From Camelus ferus (Eukaryota): a DNA stretch of 64,000 bases. The translations under genes were made by a program, and so were the position numbers. The notes beneath the pieces are model-generated. The model ran no database searches and was not told the origin of the DNA. It saw only the letters and a program-made list of their open reading frames with translations. The stretch lies in NCBI RefSeq assembly GCF_009834535.1, contig NC_045698.1:6946001-7010000 (forward strand), given 5' to 3'. Within the stretch, counting starts at the first letter, position 1; every line of letters begins with the position of its first letter. Below, one piece after another: positions 52,114-64,000 of the stretch.

Positions 52114-54954
52114 ATTACAATACAACAAAACAAGCCGAGCAGTCTATATCCTGAAGAGTCAACAGCGGTCATTTCTATGTAGAAATTATAGATGACTTTC
52201 TACTGTTCTCAGTACCTTTTCCCACTGTTTCTAATGAGTATACATTATGTCTCTGGGCATAAAAAATAATAAAAGCACATTTTCATTTTGAAAAATTAAT
52301 TTTTTAAAGTGATCTCTCTCTTCTCAGATTTTCTGCAGTAATTACTGTTTGCACCATGAATTCGCCAATTAATCACAAAGTGTTTTGATATCTTGAACTG
52401 ATTTAAGGCTCTCATTGCTATTCGACTATGGGAGCAGAACAGGGGAAGTGCATGTCTGTGTGTGCATCTTCCATAGTTATTACATCTAGTACTGGCATAG
52501 CGTAGACTCATAAATGATTTGCTTTACTTTGACCTGAAATCACTATTTTGTATTAACAAGCAAGGCAGGGTAAGAAATAGAATATTTGCAAGAAAAGGAG
52601 AACCCCTGGCCGCGGTAATGTCCAAAACTAGTGAATTGCCTACAAACCCAATACCAGTGCATCTGGGGCCATCTGTACCTGCCTTTGCCCTGCATAAACA
52701 GAAGTTCCTTTGGTTACATTACGAATCCACTTCCAATTTCAAGCTTAACTCAGATAGATTTAAGCAATAAATATACATACAAATCAGTAAATTAAACAAA
52801 TTATGGAAATTTAGAATACACAGTTAAAATTCTGTTAAGAGAACTAACCTAGAAAGAGAATAGGTTTTGAAGACAAGTGAAGCAAATAATGGAAAAATGC
52901 GTAAGCCAGAAGAGTTCAAACGTGAAGCTTCCAGAATATAATTTTTAGACAATATAGCCAAGAAGCCAAAAAGCATCCACCTTCAACCGAGTTAATAAAG
53001 AAACAAAGAAAGCAGGCATTGTGCAGCTTTCTTTGATTTTTCAAAAAGACTCCATGTAAACTTTCAAGAGGGAGGTGATACAGAAGAGGAGACACAGGCT
53101 GGATGAGAAAAGAAGCGGGAACGTAACTGCCGTCAAGTTCAAGACGGTCACTGGGCCACCTGGAGGAGGGCTATGAGGCATCATAAAACCAAGTGGCTCT
53201 GACAGGACCTGAACACTGGGGCTCTGACATCTGCCGTCGGCACTAAAATGGGAGGGTGGAAAGGAGAATGAGAAGCAGTGTGACCAGGTTTAAAAGCGTT
53301 TGAATCATTTAGGTAATTGGGTTAGCAGATGGCAAACGCAGTTCGTCCTTCAAGACTGTGAAATAATTCGTCTGGGAGACGGAAGCTAATCTGGTAATAA
53401 TGACCCTCCGTTTAGGTAGCGTTATTCTTCACCAAGTACCTTTCACCAAGAGGTTCCCATAATGCCTCTGCGCTGACCGTGCACAGTGTAGTAAGATGCT
53501 GGCTGCAATGGAACAGCCCTCTGGGGGAGACGTATAATCTGTGTGACTGGGGCCGGATGAGAAGGTGCTGCTCGGAGGAGAAGCAGGGAAAGCCCAAGGT
53601 GGTCTGTAAACAAAAATGTCTTCTGGACACTCACTGGACAGAACTCAACCAGCAGAATGTTTGCTGGATTCTGAATGAGGGATTAGAGTGTTAGCTCCTT
53701 GGGGTAAGATTAAATATATATATACACCAGATTTCAAGATTTTTTTCTAACTAAAGGGTTAAGGAGTTTAACTTTATCTTCCCAAAATGATGAAACACAC
53801 ACACACACACAAACACCTTTCAACTGGCCGAATGAAACTATTTAAAGTTTTGTAAATAATCCCCAAGACTGAGCAGGTGATTCAATGAGTGGTGGTCCCA
53901 GGGAGAATGATGAGAACATTGTTCTTTAACTGGCTGCTCTTGTTTCCCTCCTTCAGGGGCAGATTTCTCTCCTTTCTTTGCCCCACCTCCACTCCTCCTA
54001 GCTCTTGGTCAAGCAGAGGGTGTGGGATGTAGTTTTGATGGGACATGGTTAGACTTTAGTGCAATAAACAACCAGATGTCCGGTCCTGCTCCCGACCACT
54101 CCACCAGTCACCTCAAGTAAACCAAGATAAGCCTCTGGAACATTTTGAGAGCTTAAATTTTCCATCCACCTAAAACAGTGATGTCACCTATAGATCAAAT
54201 ATGGCTTTGGGTGAGTCAGGAGTGGATAGCCTTCTTATGTGAGATGATGCTTGAGCAATCAGAAGCCCAGAGAAGAGAGATGGAACCTTCCCTGCACAGC
54301 TTTGGAGGCACTTGAATTCCAAGTTCCCAGAGCCCAGCTGTTAAAAACACAGCACCTCTTGTTTATATAACCAGGGAAATTTTACCTGAATCATTTCTCC
54401 CAAGGGGAGTAGGTGGGAGAGAGTCCAATTGAATCTACAAGTCATACTGCTGTAAGAATGAGGAAAGGGCTAGGTCTGCAGATGCACAGAAGGAAGAATG
54501 AGTAACCAGGACCAAAGGGACCGTGATTCTTTCTTCCATCTCCCTGAGGGCCTTCCTCCTGTCAGAGGATCAGATCCAAGCCAGCCCGCAGCCCACCTCA
54601 CAGTGAAGTCACCTGAAAGACTGAACTTAACACTAACGTGCGAGAGAGGTAGCAATCTCAGTCTGTACCATGCAGACTGCAGGGCCTTGGACCGTTCCCT
54701 CCCCCAAGTCCTTTCTCAGCTATACTCAGGAATCATAGCATTCGGTTCCAGGCATCGTATTTCAAGAGAGACATTGACAAAGGGATGTCTGATAAGTGGG
54801 GTGACATGCCTGGTGAGCCCTCTGGAACCAGATCATTTAGGGAGTAATTGATGGAATTAGGGATGTTCATTTTTTAAACTGGGGGACTTAAAATATTTTG
54901 AAGTGTGATCATGCATAAGAGAGATTTAACTCAGTCTGTTTAGATAACTCTGGA

Positions 54955-55561
54955 GCAGCCTTGTCTGGTAGAAATATAAAGTGAACCACATGGATGATTT
55001 TAAATTTCCTTCTACCAATTTAAAAAGTAAAGAGAAATTGGTGAAATTAATTTTGTACTTACATTATCATCTCATTACTGAGATATAATTGACATAAAAC
55101 ATTATGTTAGTTTCAAGCAGGCAACATAATGATCTGATATTTGTATGTATTGTGACATGTTCGCCACAATAAATATAGTTAACATCCATCACAACACAGA
55201 GTTACAGTATTTTTCCCTTGTGATAAAAACTTTTAAGATCTACTCCCTTAGCAACTTTGAAATATTCAATACAGTATTAACCATACTCACCATTAATTAT
55301 ATCCCATGACTTATTTATGTTACAACTAGAAGCCTGTAGTGAAATTAATTTTAATAATGGACTTTATTAACCCAATATATCCTAAATAGTATCATTATAA
55401 CAGATCATCAATATTTTTAAAAAATTACTGAGATATTCAATAGCCATTTTTTCTTATTGGGTCTTTGAAATACAAAATGCATTTGACACAATTCACACCA
55501 GCCACTTTTCAAGGACTCACCGGACACATGTTGCCACTGGCTGCCACACTGATCAGAACAG
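54955..55561. mobile_element. MER33-like hAT MITE split by an L1 insertion
   Basis: tagaaatataaagtgaaccacat...gtgaaattaatttt [insert] aataat...taacccaatatatcc...ccagccacttttcaag. Confidence 0.75.
55055..55338 (-). mobile_element. L1MA9-like 3' terminus nested in the MER33-like element
   Basis: Antisense to the 1-410 element type; perfect 14-bp TSD gtgaaattaatttt (55041-55054 / 55339-55352). Confidence 0.85.
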
Positions 55562-56678
55562 CTCTAGAGCCTAAATTAGGCCATGACATCCTAGGAAAAA
55601 TATCAGAGGATCTGTCTTCAATGTCCTGTGTGACCGAGGCCCAACCTTCTCTAAATTATTATGAGCCATAAATGTTTGCTGCTGGTGGTAATTCCTCAAC
55701 TGAAAAAAAATCCACAGCTCTTGTCTCTTTTCAACTAAAGCTAACAAAGGGCCACCTTTGTCAAGGTCCCTTTCTCCCTGTCATCTTCCACACCTTCCCT
55801 CCTCCATGTGGCAAATGCCTGCAGCTCCTCCTCTGTCCTGCCCTCTTCCACGTCCTCTCACGTTCTGCGCTGTCACACCACCTCCAGGCTCCATCTCACA
55901 CCTAGTTCCCGCACTGAACGCCCATGGACTGAGTCGTGACGGCGCATTACTGCAAACCACAGGCAGCTTGACAACACCATCCACAGCTGCAAGCAAGGGA
56001 GACGAAGCCCGGAAGCTCTCACAGCTACAGCGCTTCAGCCCGACATCAGTGCCCTCTGAGTTTCTCGTCTGTCTCGCAGTTGTTGCTGTTGTTGTTTTAG
56101 CAGACACAAGCTACAAAACTACTGTGAAAAGTATGTCCTCCAAGACTTGCCTATTTTTGTCTAATTCCAGGAGCCTAAACAGTTTTCTGAGCAAAAATTT
56201 TGTTCTAGAAAACCTCAGAGTGTGTTACCCAAGGGGTATTCCACCAAGAGAAGTCCACAGCTGGTGTATCTGGCAAAAGTCAGACCTACGGCTGTTACAG
56301 GTGTCTCAGAGTGTCTTGGGAATTGCAGAACTTTGGCCTGTGACCCTTCTGTAGATCCTTTTACATATGGCAGCTTTATAATACTTTATGCTAGAACGAG
56401 AAGCTAATAAATAGGGCTCTTATCCCTCTCTTTCTCTTTGACATCAGAAGAAATGGCCTCTGGTTCTCTCTAGTTGCATCCTCTCACTGTTCTTGGCACC
56501 AGATGATGCCAGCAAGTAAAAGTTGCTAAGTGTCGCTTTTAGAAAGAAAATAAGATGCATGTTAGGTCTCAGTGTGACTTAAGCAAAGTGCCAAGTTCAG
56601 GACTTTTTAAAATATCCACACCATAGGTATGGGAGAGAAAAAAAAAAGTGTCAGAGCAATCTGTGAATCCAAATCCTT

Positions 56679-56684
56679 TTTAAT
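56679..56684 (-). terminator. Candidate polyadenylation signal ATTAAA with downstream U-rich element
   Basis: Minus strand reads attaaa aaggatttggattcacagattgctctgacac tttttttttt, about 200 nt after the candidate stop. Confidence 0.45.
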
Positions 56685-56879
56685 TGCGATGTTGACTGTA
56701 GTTTTCATCTGCTGGTTTAGCAAAATGTCTGCACACCAAGAAAGACTACGTGTGTTAGCAGGTATGACCCTGCCAGCGGTCTCCACAGGCATGGGGAGTG
56801 GGGAACTGAGGAGTGCGGATTCTTTTAAGGCGTTATTTAAGGTTCTCCTCAACTGTCCACACCGCATATTGATTTCCTG

Positions 56880-56919
56880 TCACAGCTCTATGTCTGGCGT
56901 GTAGGTACTCTCCATTGAT
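56880..56919 (-). CDS. Candidate terminal coding exon of an unidentified gene (...SMESTYTPDIEL*)
   Basis: Acceptor gcactaaaaatgctctctctag|A with branch-like ctaaa; all three frames stop within 90 nt; unique 3'UTR-like sequence and poly(A) signal follow; frame not established. Confidence 0.45.
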
Positions 56920-57523
56920 CTAGAGAGAGCATTTTTAGTGCATCAAAGAGATACAGAAGGTGAGTCTCAGAGGGAAAGACGGAAGCCATGCTTTTAGGGC
57001 TGGACACGGCTAAGCAGTGTAAAAGTCACATCAAATATGAAGCTAAACTTGAGATTTTTTTTTAAAGCTTTGAAATCTGTTGATGTATGAGACTCAATGG
57101 GACACAAAAAAAGGTTAGAATTATTACTTCTTTTAACGGAAAAACTCCCTTTGGTGGAATGGAAATAAGCCATAGGACCTAATAAACTAAATTCTGCATA
57201 TACCTTTTCATGGAGGACTTCAGGTTGTAAATTACAAGTGTGTAGGTTGTGAAGTTCAATCAGCAAGAAGTGATGTTGATAGGTCAAGGTCATGAGTCAC
57301 TCCAAGGACAAGCTGGTTAGTTTTGCTCCATCATCAAAAGCTGTCCCAGGAACCCTGATGATGGAATCCATGCTGTTACCAGCAGCAGGGAGAGGCTGAC
57401 TTCATAGAGTCTATTATGGCAAAGGGCAAAACTGTTCTGGAACAGAGCTACCCACCTTCGAGGCCAGAATGCCAACCAGCCACAAAAGCCCTGAATGCAC
57501 CAAAAGCTTAGATTTGAATTCAC

Positions 57524-57914
57524 TGTATTAGTGCGGCTGCCATAACAAAACACCACAGACCAGGTGGCTTAGACAACAGAAATTTATTTCTCATGGCTCT
57601 GGAGGCTGGAAGTCTGAGATCAGGGTATCAGCACGGTCACATTCTGGGGGGAGCTCTTTCTCTGCCTTGGAGATGACCACCTTATCCTTGTGTGTTCACG
57701 TGACTTCTCCTTGGTTCAAGCACATGGAGGAAAAGAGAGGCCTCTGGTATGTCTTCCTGTTCTTATAAAACCACCAGTCCTATCAGATTAAAACACTGCC
57801 CACTGACCTCACTTCACTTTACCTCCTAAAAGCTTTATCATCAAATACAGTCACATTAGGGGTATAGGGTGTCAACATATGAATTAAGGGGGGGGCTCAA
57901 TTCAGTCCATAACA
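57524..57914 (-). mobile_element. MLT1A-like MaLR solo LTR
   Basis: tgtattag...ggctgccataacaaaacaccacagac...ctggaggctggaagtctgagatcaggg...attcagtccataaca. Confidence 0.9.
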
Positions 57915-57919
57915 CTTAC

Positions 57920-57966
57920 CTTTCTTCACAGCTTTATTTCATCTTCCTAAGTAGACTTGGTCTTCA
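57920..57966 (-). other. Candidate 47-nt cassette exon containing stop codons
   Basis: Long (CTTTT)n/T tract plus aag| acceptor; consensus donor AAG|gtaagt. Confidence 0.3.
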
Positions 57967-57969
57967 CTT

Positions 57970-58002
<33 letters not shown>

Positions 58003-58956
58003 GAAAGGATATCTTTTTTCCTCTGAGTAAGACAGAGTTTGGACATCCTTTACCCAAATTTTCTTGGGTACTAATAGAGTTGAACATGTAAGTGAATAAT
58101 AAAAAGATAATCCACTTATATGTATGTGGATAACTAACTCAACTCATGAAGGCTATGAAGACAAAAAGCAAGGTCAAAGGAAGACAATTATGAATCTGCA
58201 AATGTGAGTTTCCAGTATGATGACTTGCGTGGTTTCTGGTACTAAATAAACTTCCAATGTCAAATGAATGAATGAAGGAATATTTTCCAATAATGAATTA
58301 AAATCAAAGCCAGAAATGACCTCATTTGTCAATGCTTATTCAAGGCTAAATTTGACCTAAAATGACTTCCCTTTTAAAGTCAGGATTTCAAAATATAAAA
58401 CTGTAGCATTTCAAAGACAGATAACTACATTTCTTATCAAATGCACTGGTTCTTGTAAAATAATTCAGTTTAATATATATCCAGTTTAATTAAAATTTAT
58501 AAGTGGTTGTGGACCAAACCAAGTGTATCTTAATTAAATCTGAACATGGCTCACAGATGTTAAGGGCGACCCCAATTTTAATAAAGGAGAAGCAAATACA
58601 ATCATTAGAGCCTTGGCTGAGTAATTCTGGTCAGGTGGGAAGCAAGATGAATGGGAGGCAAGACAGTCCCTTCTACTCAAGGCTGGAAGGTAAATGACCT
58701 GCTCATCAGAGCATACAGAAGACGGGGTGACCTGCTCAGGAAGCTGCCGAAGTGGCAATAGGGAGTTAATGTGCGAACGTTCAAGTCCATCACCAGGTAA
58801 CAACCTTACACCTGATAAGGAAGGAGGCAGCACCCACTCGGACAGTTCACACATCTTGGAAGGCCTCAGTCAGTTCTGCCACTGTTCAAACTCATCAAAA
58901 CTGGAGGCAGACAGTCTCAGCAAAGCCCTTGCTCGAGGCTGTGAGTCCGCATGAAT

Positions 58957-59086
58957 AAGGTTACTCGGTGAAACATAGGGCACCCAGTTAAGTTAGAACT
59001 TCAGATGAACAACGAATAATTCTTTGCTATAGGTATGTCCCATGCAATGCATATCCTGCATTTTTTTCCCTAAATTTGGCAACCCT
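58957..59086. mobile_element. MER53-like MITE, internally deleted
   Basis: cacccagttaagttagaacttcagatgaacaacgaataatt...tatgtccc...taaatttggcaaccct. Confidence 0.75.
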
Positions 59087-59759
59087 CTGCACAAACCATC
59101 TCCATCTTATGACAAAAGGCTCGTCAAGAAGCTTCCTGTCACCCCATGGGCTGAACAATCATTAAGGGCTGAAGGAAGTCCGACATGGTAACTGCACACC
59201 TGGGTTCCAGCCCTTAGAGGGCGTGGGAGAGACAACATGTGTTTTAACCATCAGGCGATTCCTATCCTCCTGGCTGGGAGTCCTTCTTTTTAATCTGTCT
59301 GCCTCTGAGCAGACCAGACCTGGAGGAATGTGTCAGTCAGAGGGGACTATGTGGTCAGATAATCGATCTAGAAAGGTTTATCCCAGGTCTCTTCTGTAAA
59401 CAGAGCTGTGCCGTTGATCGCATCTGAAATGAAGCCCCACAGCAACCTGCCCTCCAGGAGCCACCCTGGGGGGACTAAGAAATGAGGCCCTGGAGGGGGA
59501 GTGGCTTTATCAAGGCTTAGCTTGTTCTCACTGGCAGAGCCAAGACTAATGCTCTCCTATTACAAGTTATCCATCCATGAGCTTTTTAGCACATAATGAT
59601 GTTTATAAGTGCAAATGACACTCAAAGAAAAAAGATATTCTCTTCTAATTTGGATGCTCAGGAAAGATTCAGATAGTTAAAATATATTCATTCATTCATT
59701 CAACAATATTTATTCATTATCAACCCAATGACAACACTCTAGACTCACAGATGCAAGCA

Positions 59760-60176
59760 ATGCCTGCCTGGAAGGAGACTGACCAGATGCTCACCATGCC
59801 CTATCCTGGCTCCGCTGGGCACAACCAGACTACATTTCCCAGCCTGCCTTGCAGCTATGTGGCCACATGACTGAGCACTAGCCAATGGGATGTGGGCAGG
59901 AGTGGTGCTGGGTGTTCCCAGCCCAGGTCCATTGAAAACCTTCCATATGAAAGTCTCCATCTCCCTCCTTCCCCTGTCTGCCAGCTGGAGGCAAAGGATC
60001 CAGCAGAACAGTCCCAGCAGAGGAAGGAGAAGACAAAAAATGGGGAATGGAATGCTTGTGCATCACACCTTCACATGGAATCGCCATTTGAAGAAAGAAA
60101 ATAGGTAATCTTCTACCACGTGAAATCACTCAGGTGCAGAAGCTATTCATTACAGAAGTGAGACTACCCTGATACA
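59760..60176 (+). mobile_element. MLT1J-like MaLR LTR
   Basis: agactacatttcccagcctgccttgcagcta...ggccacatgactgag...gccaatgggatgtgggcagg. Confidence 0.75.
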
Positions 60177-60583
60177 CTGCCTTGGTGGCATTTATAACGG
60201 CAGTTAGAAATGGGTAGATTAAACAAAGATGGATACAATTACAAATTAATTACAACTTGTGAGTGTTCTACAAAAACAACCAAAGTGCAACCGTCAAGAA
60301 TAACTGAGACGGAGGGGCTGTTTTGAAATGTTTGGACCTGGCTAATAATGAGCCAGTTATAGTAAGGATGGCAGGGTGGGGCGAGTGAATGCTTACACAG
60401 CATCCCCTCTATGGCAGGCCCTGGGATAAGCACTGCAGACACCTAAACTCATTTGCATTCTCAACACTCCCCTACAAGGGGTCATATTCTGATCCGTTAA
60501 AGCCCGTGCTATACCAGTTGTTAAGTCTTTTCAATATTGCCCCTGGGTAAGGGGATGACTGGTGGGGAGTATTTCAAATAGAG

Positions 60584-60801
60584 CAGTGGCTCTCAACCAG
60601 GAGTGATTTTGCACCAAGAGATATTTGACAATGTCTGGAGAGATTTTCAGTTGTCACAGCTTAGCGAGAGTAGATGCTACTGACATCTACTTGGTAGAGG
60701 CCAGAGACACTGCCAAACATTCTATAATGCGCATGACAGCCCTCACAACAAGGAATTATCCAGCCCCTAAAGGTCAATAGCGCTGAGGTTGAGAAATCCT
60801 C
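60584..60801 (+). mobile_element. MER20 hAT-Charlie MITE, near full length
   Basis: cagtggctctcaacc...acaatgtctggaga...ggtagaggccagaga...gtcaatagcgctgaggttgagaaa. Confidence 0.9.
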
Positions 60802-62640
60802 GGAAGGAGAAAAAAGTCTGGGCAATGCCACTAACACAGGAGAGGCCCAGCGCAACTGGCGTTGAGGGAATATTAGACAGAGTAGAACAAGTCAGCAAGG
60901 TAGGTGGGACACACAGAGCACCCTGAAAGCGATGTTGAGGCCTGGGTCTTTATTTTAAAAGTACAGGGGGAATAAAATGGGTCACTGATGACTGAGATAG
61001 AAAACAGAATAGAAACGGGGTCAAGAATTGTAATGCTGCCACTGTGGACCAGGTGGCATGTCACGAAGGCTGGAACATGGAGTGATGGTGGAGGTAGAGA
61101 GAAGCAAATCGGTTGGAACTGCACCTCGGAGCCAGGAGTGGCGGGATTTATGGATGGCTGGCGTGGGGTGGGGGATGAGGAAGTGGGAGGAGGGGGGAAT
61201 TATACTCACAGCTCTGGCCTTGGTTGGGGGTCATGTACTGACTGTGGAAAGAGGGGAGGAAAATGGCAGGATGACATGGACATGGCGATTCTGAGATGCC
61301 TGGGAGCCAACAGATGGATTCATCAAGTGGGTGGCTGGATGCGGGAGTTTCAGGCTTGAGATTTCCATGTGGGAGTCATGAGAACAAATCATTTATCTCA
61401 GGAGCAGACAGAGAAGGGGGACAAAAAGTGAGCCCCAGGGCCCTCAAATATTTAGCAGTTAGAGAGAAGAGGTGGAATAAGCAATGGAAAAGAGAAAGAA
61501 GAGGCCGGATGGAAAGAAAGCCTAGAGGGTGATGTTCTAGCGGAGAGAATCTGTCCAGAAGCAGGGACATCATCTGTGCCAATGACAGCAAGAAGCTGGA
61601 TGAAATGGAAGACGGGGGCCATTGGTCACCCTGAAGAGAGTAGCTCAGAACAAAGGTGGGCCAAGACCAGATTAGATGGTTCTGGGTCTGAGAATGCAAA
61701 CAAATGGAGAAAGGAGGTATAGATCAACCTGAGAATTGAGATTTTTTGCTGTGGAATGGAGCAGAAGGACAGGGTGCTCCCTGGAGCAGGAGGAGGTGAA
61801 GGAAGAGTTAAGAGGATTAGAAAAAATGCAAAAAACACTGTTTGGATGCTATGAAAAATGGTCCAGCAGAGAGGCTGGTGATGCTGGAGGAAGGAACCTG
61901 AAGGGGTTAAGTCCTTGAGAAGACAGTAGGGTTGTGGGCTCCAAAGAGCAAAGGACTGGCCTGGGGAGAGAGGAAGGGGATGGACTCCTGGTGCAGGTCG
62001 GTTTCTAGATGTGATGGTGCTACATTAAGGTGTTTCCATCCAATTCCTTCTATTTTCACAGCACACTAACACCTAGCTGATGACCTGCTTGGGGACAGGA
62101 TAGGTAGGAAGACAGGGGGTGGAAGATTTAAGGTGAAAAATGAGGCATGAAATTGTTATCCCCAGAATGGAGAGCAAATAGTCCAGGAAAAAAAATGGAT
62201 TTGGTGGATGGTGCTGAGAACTCACTGGAAGTTTGAGACTGTGATTTAGAAGTAAATTGAATCAGCCCAGTTCTCCAAAATTCTCCAACAACACCTGACA
62301 GCTCAGATGCAGACCTAGACAAAGCAAGGGCTGGGTATTTCCGAGACTGGAGTGGGACCGCTGGGGTGGGCTCTCCTGGGTGCACCCAGATCTCCCTTCA
62401 GGAAGAGATGCTCCCCCTGCCGCAGACCAGAGCACTGCCCACTGACAGCCCACAGAGGAGCACCCCCATGGCGCCTGCCCCGGCTGAAGGGGCTGCCCCC
62501 CCTGCAGTCAGCACTGGTCAGTGCAGGGGACAAAGGCCTTCTTACCTCGATGAAGCAATGCATAGGGTCAGACTGTATCCATCAGTGCAAAGACAGTCGC
62601 GTTTTCTCAGAGGAGACGGGAAAGGAGGCAAGTTGGCCAT

Positions 62641-62736
62641 GTTTTTAATAGACTATTTTTTAGAGCAGTTTTAGACTCCCAGCAAAATTGAACAGAAAAT
62701 ATAGAGAGTTCCCATTTACCCCCTGAACACCCTCAA

Positions 62737-62784
<48 letters not shown>

Positions 62785-62995
62785 GCCCCCTCATTATCAA
62801 CATTCCCCACCAGAGGGACACATTTGTTACAATCAATGAATCTCCATTGACATACCATCACCCCAAGTCTATAGTTGACATTTGGGTTCACTTTGACAGC
62901 ACACAATCTGTGATTTTTGACAAGTGTAGAAGGACATGTATCCATCATTATAATATCACGCATAGCAGTTTCACTGCCGTAAAAATCCTCTGTGT
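62641..62995 (-). mobile_element. L1MC1-like 3' terminus
   Basis: ttttagagcagtttta...cagcaaaattga...acatttgttacaatc...gtttcactgccgtaaaaatcctctgtg. Confidence 0.85.
62741..62782. repeat. (CA)21 microsatellite
   Basis: Perfect dinucleotide array read directly. Confidence 0.97.
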
Positions 62996-63019
62996 CATCA
63001 CCATTTTGACTGAGTTACC

Positions 63020-63454
63020 ATTTCATTTTCTAGGCTGCCATAACAAATTACCACAAACTTAGTGACTTAAAACAATAGAAATTTATTTCCTCTAGTTCTA
63101 GAGGCCAAAAGTCCAAAATCAAGATGTTGGTAGGGCTATTCTCCCTGGGGAAGAATCTATTTCTGCTTCTTCAAGTGTCTGGTGATTGCCGGCATTCCTT
63201 GGTGTTCCTTGGCTTGTAGTGATACCTCTGCCTGAATCTTCACACATCTTCTTCTTTGTGTCCCTTAGAAGGATGCTTGCTTTGGATTTAGGACACACCG
63301 AGATGCTCAGATGAATCATCTCAAGATCCTTAACAAAGTGTTCCAATGGGTTGCATCTGCAAAGACCTTTTTTCCATATAAGGTCACATTCACCCAATTC
63401 CAAGGACTAGGACACAGATATAACTCTTTAGAGGCCACCATTCAACCCACTACA
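63020..63454 (-). mobile_element. MLT1C-like MaLR LTR
   Basis: ggctgccataacaaattaccacaaacttagtgacttaaaacaa...catctgcaaagacc...attcaacccactaca. Confidence 0.85.
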
Positions 63455-63794
63455 GTTACTTAGAGGTGACTTCCTCTGAGGGGCAGAGATGGATAGAAAT
63501 GTCTCTGGCCTTCTCCACCAAGGGGAGAAAAGGATAATGGACTCCCATGGATGAGACTGGAGGCCGTGCTGGGCACCATTAACAGGCTGGAGCTGGTGGA
63601 GAGGGCACAGGTGGCTCAAAGTGTCTAATTCTGACACCTTTAATACTCGAGAATTAAGATCAGCTCCCTCCTAGACATCCTTGCATGCCGTTCTCAGTGA
63701 CTCGTACTAAACCCAGTTGTCCAAAAGTAAGTGAACAACAACCAAACCCTGGGTAGATGCAGCTGTTTCAGTAATTATGTACCCAACAACATAC

Positions 63795-63805
63795 CTGCAC
63801 CAGAG
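63795..63805 (-). CDS. Candidate 11-nt microexon (CTCTGGTGCAG)
   Basis: Strong tract cccttctttctcttttgttgtctcag| and donor CAG|gtatgt only 11 nt apart, in unique sequence. Confidence 0.4.
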
Positions 63806-64000
63806 CTGAGACAACAAAAGAGAAAGAAGGGATTTCCGGCTTTCACTGTCATATGTAAACAGCCAGCAGTACGGACCCCCGCTGTGCAGCAAAATGTCCA
63901 AATATTTTTAAACAGCATATGTCAATATCTACTCCCAATCTGGGGACAGGCACACTCACGTATAATTTCCTTAAATAAAATGCTGGATTAATTTTCTCTT

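Larger units (their letters stand above)
59685..62300 (-). mobile_element. Long decayed L2 interrupted by MLT1J, MIR and MER20
   Basis: (attc)n L2 tail at 59687, then purine-rich antisense L2 motifs through about 60800-62300; boundaries approximate. Confidence 0.55.

Noticed and set aside
53440..53603. Minus-strand exon with acceptor tttttgtttacag
   Set aside because: Only weak donors (gtcagc, gtactt) and no recognisable peptide
55758..56354. 198-aa ORF, the longest non-repeat ORF
   Set aside because: Non-ATG start, Ser/Pro/Leu-rich composition with no recognisable domain; consistent with chance
58737..58811. Exon candidate GVRLLPGDGLERSHINSLLPLRQLPEQ
   Set aside because: The donor gtcacc is weak and there is no supporting homology
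58957..59086. MER53-derived miRNA hairpin (miR-1302-like)
   Set aside because: Most of the second arm of the palindrome is deleted, so a long hairpin cannot form
1..64000. Prokaryotic-type system (CRISPR array, operon, defence island) or rRNA/tRNA genes
   Set aside because: The sequence is repeat-rich mammalian DNA; no repeat-spacer array, gene-dense block or structural RNA gene was recognised

Overview
This is mammalian (eutherian) nuclear DNA, not prokaryotic or phage. The young L1 3' ends and the absence of recognisable Alu, Bov-tA/BovB, PRE1 or SINEC copies suggest a cetartiodactyl, probably a camelid (inference). The window is mostly intergenic/intronic and is dominated by interspersed repeats: L1, L2, MIR, MaLR/ERVL/ERV1 solo LTRs and hAT MITEs. 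Repeat family names come from my recall of consensus sequences, not from a search, and many boundaries are approximate. Almost all listed ORFs are chance ORFs, L1 ORF2 remnants or readouts of a simple repeat. The best gene-like signal is what looks like the 3' end of an unidentified minus-strand gene: a candidate 11-nt microexon (63795-63805), a candidate 47-nt cassette exon (57920-57966) and a terminal exon (from 56919) with a stop and an ATTAAA plus U-rich poly(A) site. Further well-formed minus-strand exons (24147-24250, 13018-13123) could belong to a lncRNA, possibly driven by an intact MER41-like LTR (46600-47084). A ~1 kb 33-bp-unit repeat (about 42460-43440) has an internal ~320-bp duplication and is open in three frames. 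I found no CRISPR, rRNA or tRNA, and cannot support a claim of a new biological system.
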